A stretch of 12,833 nucleotides of DNA from a virus (taxonomy: Duplodnaviria; Heunggongvirae; Uroviricota; Caudoviricetes). Position 1 is the first letter of the stretch. Every line of letters starts with the position of its first letter. Of the stretch, positions 1-8,340 are shown piece after piece. Below the pieces are notes generated by a model. That model worked only from the letters and a program-made list of their open reading frames with translations, was not told the origin of the DNA and searched no databases. Where the stretch lies: IMG/VR virus record IMGVR_UViG_3300029248_000207, positions 1 to 12,833 of that record, one strand, 5' to 3'. The position numbers were made by a program, and so were the translations under genes.

Positions 1-22
1 TTCATCTCGCTAACTTCGCTTA

Positions 23-50
23 TTATGGGGATCAGTTTCAGGGTTTCAAG
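23..50 (-). promoter_or_regulatory. Sigma-32 (heat-shock) promoter reading leftward out of the window, presumably for grpE
   Basis: Minus strand reads CTTGAAA (complement of 44..50), a 13-nt spacer, then CCCCATAA (complement of 23..30). This matches the sigma-32 consensus (-35 CTTGAA, -10 CCCCATnT). grpE lies divergent from nadK in E. coli; the gene itself is outside the window. Confidence 0.6.
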
Positions 51-98
51 GGAAGCACTCACATTGTCATCAATCTTCGCAACAAGGACCTCGGAAAA

Positions 99-977
99 AT
101 GAATAATCATTTCAAGTGTATTGGCATTGTGGGACACCCACGGCACCCCACTGCACTGACAACACATGAAATGCTCTACCGCTGGCTGTGCACAAAAGGT
201 TACGAGGTCATCGTTGAGCAACAAATCGCTCACGAACTGCAACTGAAGAATGTGAAAACTGGCACGCTCGCGGAGATTGGGCAACTAGCTGATCTCGCGG
301 TAGTCGTTGGTGGCGACGGTAATATGCTGGGCGCGGCACGCACACTCGCCCGTTACGATATTAAAGTTATTGGAATCAACCGTGGCAACCTGGGTTTCCT
401 GACTGACCTTGACCCCGATAACGCCCAGCAACAGTTAGCCGATGTGCTGGAAGGCCACTACATCAGCGAGAAACGTTTTTTGCTGGAAGCGCAAGTCTGT
501 CAGCAAGATTGTCAGAAACGCATCAGCACCGCGATAAATGAAGTGGTGCTTCATCCAGGCAAAGTGGCGCATATGATTGAGTTCGAAGTGTATATCGACG
601 AGATCTTTGCGTTTTCTCAGCGATCTGATGGACTAATTATTTCGACGCCAACAGGCTCCACCGCCTATTCCCTCTCTGCAGGCGGTCCTATTCTGACCCC
701 CTCTCTGGATGCGATTACCCTGGTGCCCATGTTCCCGCATACGTTGTCAGCACGACCACTGGTCATAAACAGCAGCAGCACGATCCGTCTGCGTTTTTCG
801 CATCGCCGTAACGACCTGGAAATCAGTTGCGACAGCCAGATAGCACTGCCGATTCAGGAAGGTGAAGATGTCCTGATTCGTCGCTGTGATTACCATCTGA
901 ATCTGATTCATCCGAAAGATTACAGTTATTTCAACACATTAAGCACCAAGCTCGGCTGGTCAAAAAAATTATTCTAA
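99..977 (+). CDS. nadK: NAD kinase
   Basis: 292-aa ORF; GGDGN motif ([14 protein letters not shown]) and overall sequence recognisable as enterobacterial NadK; sits next to recN as in E. coli. Confidence 0.95.
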
Positions 978-994
978 TTTTACGCCAGCCTCTT

Positions 995-1036
995 TACTGT
1001 ATATAAAACCAGTTTATACTGTACACAATAACAGTA
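995..1036 (+). promoter_or_regulatory. Two tandem LexA (SOS) boxes in the recN promoter
   Basis: taCTGtatataaaacCAGtt at 995..1014 and taCTGtacacaataaCAGta at 1017..1036; both are CTG-N10-CAG, the LexA operator pattern, directly upstream of recN. Confidence 0.8.
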
Positions 1037-1062
1037 ATGGTTTTTCATACAGGAAAACGACT

Positions 1063-2724
1063 ATGTTGGCACAACTGACCATCAGCAACTTTGCTATCGT
1101 TCGTGAGCTTGAGATTGATTTTCATAGCGGCATGACCGTAATAACTGGCGAGACCGGCGCGGGTAAATCTATTGCAATAGATGCCCTCGGTCTTTGTCTC
1201 GGTGGTCGCGCTGAAGCCGACATGGTGCGTACCGGCGCTGCTCGCGCTGACCTGTGCGCCCGTTTTTCTCTGAAAGATACGCCAGCGGCTCTGCGCTGGC
1301 TGGAAGAAAACCAGCTTGAAGACGGGCATGAATGTTTGCTTCGTCGCGTGATCAGCAGCGATGGTCGCTCCCGTGGTTTCATCAACGGTACAGCTGTTCC
1401 TCTGTCACAACTGCGCGAACTGGGTCAGTTGCTGATTCAGATCCATGGTCAGCACGCTCATCAGTTACTCACCAAACCCGAGCACCAAAAGTTCCTGCTT
1501 GATGGCTATGCCAATGAAACCTCTCTACTCCAGGAAATGACAGCACGTTATCAGTTGTGGCATCAAAGCTGCCGTGACCTCGCGCATCATCAACAGTTAA
1601 GTCAGGAACGCGCTGCCCGTGCGGAACTGCTGCAATACCAATTAAAAGAACTTAACGAATTTAATCCGCAGCCCGGAGAGTTTGAACAAATCGACGAAGA
1701 GTACAAACGTCTGGCGAACAGCGGTCAATTGCTGACCACCAGCCAGAATGCATTGGCATTAATGGCCGACGGTGAAGACGCAAACCTGCAAAGTCAGCTT
1801 TACACGGCTAAACAACTGGTGAGCGAATTGATTGGCATGGACAGCAAACTGTCCGGCGTACTTGATATGCTGGAAGAAGCTACCATCCAGATTGCTGAAG
1901 CCAGCGATGAACTGCGCCACTACTGCGATCGTCTGGATCTCGATCCCAACCGACTATTTGAACTTGAACAGCGCATCTCAAAACAGATTTCGCTGGCACG
2001 TAAACATCACGTCAGCCCTGAGGCATTGCCACAGTATTACCAGTCGCTACTGGAAGAACAGCAGCAACTGGACGATCAGGCCGACTCACAAGAAACGCTT
2101 GCGCTGGCGGTAACGAAACATCATCAGCAGGCACTGGAAATCGCGCGCGCATTACACCAACAACGCCAGCAATATGCAGAAGAACTTGCACAGCTGATCA
2201 CCGACAGTATGCATGCGCTCTCAATGCCGCATGGGCAGTTTACGATCGATGTTAAATTTGACGAGCATCACCTGGGCGCTGACGGTGCCGATCGTATTGA
2301 GTTTCGGGTAACCACCAACCCAGGTCAGCCAATGCAGCCTATTGCCAAAGTCGCATCCGGTGGTGAATTGTCCCGCATCGCACTGGCAATCCAGGTCATC
2401 ACGGCGCGTAAAATGGAAACCCCGGCACTGATTTTTGATGAAGTGGATGTAGGGATTAGCGGTCCAACAGCGGCAGTTGTCGGCAAACTGCTGCGTCAAC
2501 TCGGCGAATCAACTCAGGTGATGTGTGTTACCCACCTGCCACAAGTCGCGGGATGTGGTCATCAACACTATTTTGTCAGCAAAGAAACCGATGGTGCGAT
2601 GACAGAAACGCATATGCAATCCCTGAATAAAAAAGCGCGGTTACAAGAGCTGGCGCGCCTGCTTGGTGGCAGTGAAGTCACACGTAATACACTGGCGAAT
2701 GCGAAAGAACTGCTTGCAGCGTAA
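1063..2724 (+). CDS. recN: DNA repair protein RecN (SMC-like ATPase)
   Basis: 553-aa ORF; N-terminal Walker A (GETGAGKS), long coiled-coil middle, C-terminal ABC signature-like region; RBS aggaaaa upstream; LexA boxes upstream. Confidence 0.95.
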
Positions 2725-2872
2725 ACTTTTTTCCTGCTTCACGGTCAGAGTAAACAGCAAAACGCCGTAAGACCGGAAAGCAAAAGGTTTTAAAGTGATG
2801 AAAGGTCTATTATCATCGGCATATTACAGATGAGCCACGTACTGCTCGGGCCCGAAAAGGAATCAAATCACT

Positions 2873-3214
2873 ATGCGCTGTAAAACGCTGACTGCTGCAG
2901 CAGCAGTACTATTGATGTTGACCGCAGGCTGTTCCACTCTGGAGCGAGTGGTTTACCGTCCTGACATCAACCAGGGGAACTATCTGACCGCTAACGACGT
3001 ATCCAAAATACGTGTTGGCATGACGCAACAACAAGTTGCGTACGCATTGGGTACACCGCTGATGTCCGATCCATTTGGTACGAATACCTGGTTCTATGTC
3101 TTCCGCCAGCAACCAGGTCATGAAGGTGTAACGCAGCAAACGCTGACGCTGACCTTTAACAGTAGCGGTGTGTTGACCAATATTGATAACAAACCTGCGC
3201 TGAGTGGTAACTAA
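2873..3214 (+). CDS. bamE: Outer membrane protein assembly factor BamE (lipoprotein)
   Basis: 113-aa ORF with lipoprotein signal peptide and lipobox (LLMLTAGCS); sequence recognisable as BamE/SmpA; conserved position between recN and ratB. Confidence 0.92.
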
Positions 3215-3237
3215 TAATAAAGTTGCTCTCAAAGACG

Positions 3238-3270
3238 TTAAAAAAGGTGCTCAATGAGCACCTTTTTTCT
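3238..3270. terminator. Bidirectional rho-independent terminator between convergent bamE and ratB
   Basis: aaaaaGGTGCTCAatgAGCACCttttttct: a GC-containing stem flanked by an A-run on one side and a T-run on the other. Confidence 0.7.
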
Positions 3271-3275
3271 GTCTG

Positions 3276-3566
3276 TTATTTATTCGCTGATTTTTCTGCT
3301 CGTTGCCTGCGAAGCTCTTTCGGATCGGCAATGAGAGGGCGATAAATCTCCACCCGATCGCCATCATGCACACTATCGCTTAGTTTTGCCGGACGGCTGT
3401 AAATGCCGACTTTGTTTTTAGTTAAATCGATATCGGTACGCAATTCCAGCAAGCCACTGGCGCGAATAGCTTCTTCAACCGTCGCGCCCTCCTGCAGCGT
3501 CACGCGCTGCAGGTACTGCTTCTCAGGTAGCGCATAAGCCACCTCAACGGCAATTTTACCTGGCAC
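3276..3566 (-). CDS. ratB: RatB (YfjF/PasI-like) small protein, UPF0125 family
   Basis: Minus-strand ORF; I call the start at a GTG (complement of 3564..3566), giving 96 aa (VPGKIAVEV...). The longer 124-aa reading would need about 95 nt of overlap with ratA. The chosen start overlaps the ratA stop by 11 nt. Confidence 0.8.
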
Positions 3567-4032
3567 TGTAAACCTCTTTCGCACGAACCGTAAAAGCCTG
3601 GACCATATTAGACGCCAGCTCTTTAAACACGCGACCAAAGGCGAGTTCAATCAACTTATTGGTAAACTCAAAGTCGAGATGAAACTCGATACGACACGCC
3701 TCCTGGCTCAGCGGCGTAAACTTCCATCCACCAATCAATTTCTTGAACGGCCCATCCACCAGATTCATAAGAATACTTTGGTTACTGGTCAACTGGTTGC
3801 GGGTAGTAAACGTTTTGCTGATCCCAGCCTTAGAGACATCTACCGCCGCAGTCATCTGCCCAGGAGTGGACTCCAGAATCCGACTTCCGGTACAACCCGG
3901 CAAAAACTGAGGATAAGACTGAACGTCATTCACTAACTGATACATTTGCTCCGCGCTGTAGGGTACCAGTGCGGTCCGGCTAATCTGAGGCATAACAATT
4001 TCCATCAACAAAAATCCAACAAATAATATCAT
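3556..4032 (-). CDS. ratA: RatA (YfjG/PasT), ribosome-association toxin-like, SRPBCC fold
   Basis: 158-aa minus-strand ORF recognisable as enterobacterial RatA. An internal Met 14 codons in (start at 3993) is an alternative start. Confidence 0.85.
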   Translation of the reverse strand: MILFVGFLLMEIVMPQISRTALVPYSAEQMYQLVNDVQSYPQFLPGCTGSRILESTPGQMTAAVDVSKAGISKTFTTRNQLTSNQSILMNLVDGPFKKLIGGWKFTPLSQEACRIEFHLDFEFTNKLIELAFGRVFKELASNMVQAFTVRAKEVYSAR

Positions 4033-4163
4033 TTATCCTGCTGTAAAAAAAACGCTATCCCGGCGCTGGGTAACATCGGGTTCATGCTAAGATAGAGCCT
4101 TGTCCCCCGCAGGATTGATATGGGGTGTTTTCGATTTCAGATTACCGATGATTCACGACGCTT

Positions 4164-4646
4164 ATGACGAAGAAAAAAGCACATAAACCTGGTTCAGCGA
4201 CCATCGCGCTTAACAAGCGCGCCCGTCACGAATACTTTATCGAAGAAGAGTTCGAAGCGGGACTTGCCCTGCAAGGCTGGGAGGTTAAATCCCTGCGCGC
4301 AGGAAAAGCCAATATCAGCGACAGCTACGTCCTTCTGCGTGACGGAGAGGCATTTCTGTTTGGCGCTAACATCACGCCAATGGCCGTGGCCTCCACGCAT
4401 GTGGTGTGCGATCCTACCCGTACCCGCAAGTTACTTCTCAACCAACGCGAACTGGACTCATTGTACGGTCGCGTCAATCGAGAAGGCTATACCGTAGTGG
4501 CGCTCTCCCTGTACTGGAAAAATGCCTGGTGCAAAGTGAAAATCGGCGTCGCCAAAGGTAAAAAACAGCACGATAAACGTTCAGATATCAAAGAACGCGA
4601 ATGGCAGGTGGATAAAGCACGTATCATGAAAAACGCCCACCGTTAA
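4164..4646 (+). CDS. smpB: SsrA-binding protein SmpB
   Basis: 160-aa ORF ([33 protein letters not shown]...) recognisable as SmpB; immediately upstream of ssrA as in all enterobacteria. Confidence 0.95.
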
Positions 4647-4860
4647 ACCTGCACTCCAATTATTGACCAGTTCCTCACCGCGCCTCCCTCTCCGGCGGCG
4701 CGAATGAACATCTTATTGGCTATCACATCCGACACAAATGTTGCCATCCCATTGCTTAATCGAATAAAAATCAGGCTACATGGGTGCTAAATCTTTAACG
4801 ATAACGCCATTGAGGCTGGTCATGGCGCTCATAAATCTGGTATACTTACCTTTACACATT

Positions 4861-5223
4861 GGGGCTGATTCTGGATTCGACGGGATTTGCGAAACCCAAG
4901 GTGCATGCCGAGGGGCGGTTGGCCTCGTAAAAAGCCGCAAAAAATAGTCGCAAACGACGAAAACTACGCTTTAGCAGCTTAATAACCTGCTTAGAGCCCT
5001 CTCTCCCTAGCCTCCGCTCTTAGGACGGGGATCAAGAGAGGTCAAACCCAAAAGAGATCGCGTGGAAGCCCTGCCTGGGGTTGAAGCGTTAAAACTTAAT
5101 CAGGCTAGTTTGTTAGTGGCGTGTCCGTCCGCAGCTGGCAAGCGAATGTAAAGACTGACTAAGCATGTAGTACCGAGGATGTAGGAATTTCGGACGCGGG
5201 TTCAACTCCCGCCAGCTCCACCA
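4861..5223 (+). ncRNA. ssrA: tmRNA (SsrA), 363 nt
   Basis: Starts GGGGCTGATTCTGGATTCGACGGG, ends GCCAGCTCCACCA. Internal tag reading frame at 4950..4982 encodes ANDENYALAA followed by a stop. tRNA-like 3' end (GGTTCAACTCCCGCC). Confidence 0.95.
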
Positions 5224-5257
5224 AATGATGATCCGGATATGTCCGGTGAAGTACAGA

Positions 5258-5292
5258 AAGCCCGCACAGCACAAGCTCTGCGGGCTTTTTTG
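5258..5292 (+). terminator. Rho-independent terminator downstream of ssrA
   Basis: aGCCCGCAcagcacaagctcTGCGGGCtttttt: 7-bp GC-rich stem followed by a T6 run. Confidence 0.7.
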
Positions 5293-5335
5293 TGTCTGTC
5301 ATTGTCCGAGAACATCCGGCTAAATCCAGAGAAAA

Positions 5336-5387
5336 TTGGTACACGTTTAGGTACACGCTATACTGTGGTCCATTAAACGTGTACCAA
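5336..5387. promoter_or_regulatory. Inverted and direct repeats directly upstream of int (candidate Int/Vis binding sites or operator)
   Basis: TTGGTACACGTTT at 5336..5348 and its exact reverse complement AAACGTGTACCAA at 5375..5387 (13-bp perfect inverted repeat). GGTACACG occurs twice directly at 5338..5345 and 5350..5357. The int start codon is at 5407. Confidence 0.5.
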
Positions 5388-5406
5388 TTATGGAAGGAAT
5401 CCAGAC

Positions 5407-6612
5407 ATGGCGCGCATCACACGCCCCCTCACTAACAACGAGATCCTTAAAGCTAAACCCCGAGAAAAAGATTTCACTCTGCATGATGGGGACGGCCTGT
5501 TCTTACTCGTGAAAACATCTGGTAAAAAGCTCTGGCGCTTCCGATACCAACGTCCAGTAAGTAATAGCCGAACTAACCTGAGTCTCGGCTCATACCCTGC
5601 CCTTACACTCGCAGCAGCTCGTCAGATACGCGACCAATATTTGGCTACGCTCGCGCAGGGGATGGATCCGCAACAGCAACAAGAGCAAGCATCAGAGCAA
5701 CGTCAGATTGAGCTGGATAGCATTTTCTCAACTGTGGCCTCCAACTGGTTCAAAATGAAGAGCAAAAGCGTCACAGAGGACTACGCGAAGGATATTTGGC
5801 GTTCTCTAGATAAAGACGTATTCCCAGCAATAGGCGCGATACCTGTTCAGGAGATTAAGGCCAGAACGATAGTTGAAGCATTGGAACCAATCAAAGCACG
5901 CGGCGCATTAGAGACTGTTCGTCGCCTGGTCCAGCGCATTAACGAAATAATGATTTACGCAGTCAACACCGGNNNNNNNNNNNNNNNNNNNNNNNNNNNN
6001 NNATCAGGTGTTGGAATGGCATTTGAGAAACCCAAAAAGCAGAACATGCCCACGCTACGACCAGAAGAATTACCTAAGCTGATGCGTTCTCTGGTCATGT
6101 CGAATCTGTCTGTTTCGACTCGATGTCTTATTGAGTGGCAGCTCCTGACCCTAGTGCGCCCTTCTGAGGCTTCTGGTGCTCGGTGGGTCGAGATCGATCT
6201 CGATGCCAAACTCTGGACGATTCCCGCCGAACGAATGAAGGCTAAGCGTGAACACATTGTCCCTTTGTCACCTCAGGCTTTAGATATTTTGGAAGTAATG
6301 AAGCCAATCAGCGCTCATCGTGAACATATTTTCCCTAGTAGAAATGATCCAAAGCGGCCGATGAATAGTCAGACTGCTAATGCTGCTTTAAAACGTATAG
6401 GTTATGGTGGAAAATTAGTTGCACATGGTTTACGTTCAATAGCCAGTACAGCTCTCAACGAATCTAATTTTAATTCTGATGTGATTGAGTCTGCGCTGGC
6501 ACACACAGATAAGAATGAGGTTAGGAAAGCGTACAATCGGTCCATTTATTTGAAACAAAGAGTTGAGCTAATGGACTGGTGGGGTAATTTTGTTATGATT
6601 ACTAATAGATGA
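5407..6612 (+). CDS. intA: P4-family tyrosine integrase (IntA-like)
   Basis: 401-aa ORF next to ssrA; N-terminal arm-binding-type domain and C-terminal catalytic region with HGLRSIA and a terminal Tyr region (KAYNRS). A 30-nt N-run at 5973..6002 is in frame (10 unknown codons). Confidence 0.9.
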   Translation: MARITRPLTNNEILKAKPREKDFTLHDGDGLFLLVKTSGKKLWRFRYQRPVSNSRTNLSLGSYPALTLAAARQIRDQYLATLAQGMDPQQQQEQASEQRQIELDSIFSTVASNWFKMKSKSVTEDYAKDIWRSLDKDVFPAIGAIPVQEIKARTIVEALEPIKARGALETVRRLVQRINEIMIYAVNTXXXXXXXXXXXSGVGMAFEKPKKQNMPTLRPEELPKLMRSLVMSNLSVSTRCLIEWQLLTLVRPSEASGARWVEIDLDAKLWTIPAERMKAKREHIVPLSPQALDILEVMKPISAHREHIFPSRNDPKRPMNSQTANAALKRIGYGGKLVAHGLRSIASTALNESNFNSDVIESALAHTDKNEVRKAYNRSIYLKQRVELMDWWGNFVMITNR

Positions 6613-6625
6613 TAAAGGACTGCAC

Positions 6626-8068
6626 ATGAGCACAGTAAAAAATATTGATACCGTTTCATCAAACTTTAACATTTCGCCATCAATTCTTGATCAACTTGAT
6701 GTTGTTGATGTTTTATTAGAGTCAGATACGTTGCTTTTCATTGACCCTATGCTCCTCCCTGAAAGTAAGCATCCTGAAATGAAAGTGGATGCTGATAAGA
6801 AATACATAGATACTTTCACAAGTATCATTAAATTACTTAAAGCATCTAAGGTTCAGAATGATAATGATGTTGCTTGGAAGGCAGCCAAAAAGTTATTTTC
6901 ATTTTCCGAAATAGGATGGACATGTTTGGGTTATGGCTCATCAGCCAAAGGCTCAGGATTCGGGCCACACCTTGTGAACACAACAATGAATACTGCCTAT
7001 CAAATTATCAACATGGATATTGATGATCCTGACTTATTTATGGTCATGTCGTTATTTGAAGAAGGTATTGGGGCTGATAGAATTAGTGACATGACTACAA
7101 ATATAATATTTGAGTCCTTAGTGAAATTCTCAGAAAGAGTTAATCAAACCCTTCAAATCCCGACAAAAGAATTTTCTTTTAAAGGGAAAAAGTACATTGC
7201 CCCTCATAATCCATTAACAGATAAACCATTAATATTAGTTCCTAAAGATGTTGTCCGTGATTTGCCTATATCCACTGACTGGAGCGGTGCAGTCAGTACA
7301 ATGAAAGAAAACACGGACCTACGTGACAGAATTAATACCAACATTGGTAAACTGCTCGCATCAATGACCCAAAAAGAAAAAGCTGAAGCCAAGCGACGAG
7401 CTTTAGAGAAAAAAGAATATTTTGAAGACCTCCTAGAATTAATAAAAGAAGTAGAAAAAGAGCCTTACGATTTTAAAGCTGATAAGAATGGTGAATTATT
7501 TTGGTCAAGACTTGTATCTTCAATAGATAAAAAATACCCTTTCAATCTTTCTAAGTTTAATAAAAAACTAACCTTAGATGATGTAGAAAATTTGGTTGAT
7601 GAGATATTAACCCAATTCAAAGATCTAATTGAAAACAAAGGTCTATGGAAGGAAATGTGGGCAGATGATAAAAAACCAAGAAAAGAAAAAGCGGCTCAAC
7701 GTTTACTTTTTGCAGTAGCTTATTCATATTGCAAAGCCAATAACTTAGACATTAGCCCTGAGGCTGACTCTGGTAATGGACCTGTTGACTTCAAAGTCTC
7801 GCAAGGATTCGAGCAGAAAGTTTTAGTTGAAGTTAAGTTATCATCCAATGGTAAATTACTGCACGGATATGAAAAGCAATTAGAAATTTATAGAAATGGT
7901 GATGATACAGATCGAGCATTTTTCGTAATAGTTGATATCGGTCATTTAGGAGAAAAATACCAAAAGGTCCAGCAGGCTAGAATTGCAGCAGAAAATGAAG
8001 GTTTAAGAGCCTCAAAGATTATTCATATTGATGCACAACAAAAAGACTCTGCGAGCATTCGTATCTAG
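6626..8068 (+). CDS. Cargo protein of unknown function with a C-terminal PD-(D/E)xK nuclease-like domain; candidate anti-phage defence gene
   Basis: 480-aa ORF, uninterrupted and AT-rich compared with its neighbours; RBS-like aaggac upstream. C-terminal motifs: GPVDF (Asp codon at 7787..7789), VEVK (Glu at 7829..7831, Lys at 7835..7837), then QLEIY (QxxxY, as in RecB/Cas4-type nucleases). The N-terminal ~350 aa are unrecognised, with a Gly-rich patch (GYGSSAKGSGFG) and a charged coiled-coil-like stretch. It lies between int and cos/psu. Confidence 0.8.
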   Translation: MSTVKNIDTVSSNFNISPSILDQLDVVDVLLESDTLLFIDPMLLPESKHPEMKVDADKKYIDTFTSIIKLLKASKVQNDNDVAWKAAKKLFSFSEIGWTCLGYGSSAKGSGFGPHLVNTTMNTAYQIINMDIDDPDLFMVMSLFEEGIGADRISDMTTNIIFESLVKFSERVNQTLQIPTKEFSFKGKKYIAPHNPLTDKPLILVPKDVVRDLPISTDWSGAVSTMKENTDLRDRINTNIGKLLASMTQKEKAEAKRRALEKKEYFEDLLELIKEVEKEPYDFKADKNGELFWSRLVSSIDKKYPFNLSKFNKKLTLDDVENLVDEILTQFKDLIENKGLWKEMWADDKKPRKEKAAQRLLFAVAYSYCKANNLDISPEADSGNGPVDFKVSQGFEQKVLVEVKLSSNGKLLHGYEKQLEIYRNGDDTDRAFFVIVDIGHLGEKYQKVQQARIAAENEGLRASKIIHIDAQQKDSASIRI

Positions 8069-8073
8069 ATTAA

Positions 8074-8112
8074 TAAAGGCTCAACTATCACTTAGTTGAG
8101 CCTTTGTTATTT
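8074..8112 (+). terminator. Rho-independent terminator after the cargo ORF
   Basis: AAAGGCTCAACTAtcacTTAGTTGAGCCTTTgttatttt: about 13-bp stem followed by a T-rich tail, 6 nt after the stop codon. Confidence 0.7.
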
Positions 8113-8148
8113 TCTACCAGATTAATATATCTACATATGTTTGCGCGC

Positions 8149-8167
8149 AATGCTCTCCCCGCCACGC
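8149..8167. other. cos site (P2/186/P4-type 19-nt cohesive-end sequence)
   Basis: ATGCTCTCCCCGCCACGCC. From memory this is one mismatch from the reverse complement of the phage 186 cohesive end (GGCGTGGCGGGGAAAGCAT) and close to the P2/P4 one (GGCGAGGCGGGGAAAGCAC). It sits between the cargo gene and psu, where cos lies in integrated P4. Confidence 0.65.
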
Positions 8168-8340
8168 CTGCCCGCTTAAGAGGTCACTTTTAATGCAGGT
8201 GCATGAACGGCCTCAGGCCGCACCGGTACTGGTGTTGCGTGGGATAAAAAATACGGGGATTTTCATGCAAAGCCATGCACCTTATGGATGCATGGCTTTT
8301 TCGGGAAAAATAGCGGAATTTTCGGGGATTTTTTTGCGTG

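Noticed and set aside
1045-1385. Minus-strand ORFs of 94 and 87 aa overlapping the recN 5' end
   Set aside because: They are antisense to a well-supported, conserved gene, have no RBS, and their Arg/Ser/Pro-rich composition is typical of an antisense frame of GC-balanced coding DNA.
3679-3936. Plus-strand 85-aa ORF
   Set aside because: It lies entirely antisense within ratA; no independent support.
5159-5356. Minus-strand 65-aa ORF
   Set aside because: It overlaps the 3' end of ssrA and its terminator, which is structured RNA, not coding.
7204-7392. Minus-strand 62-aa ORF inside the cargo gene
   Set aside because: Antisense to the long uninterrupted cargo ORF; short and without RBS.
6626-8068. 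Naming the cargo protein as a specific known system (for example Shedu/SduA)
   Set aside because: Only the generic PD-(D/E)xK core is visible by eye; without a profile search I cannot tell a known family from a new one, so it is left as a candidate.
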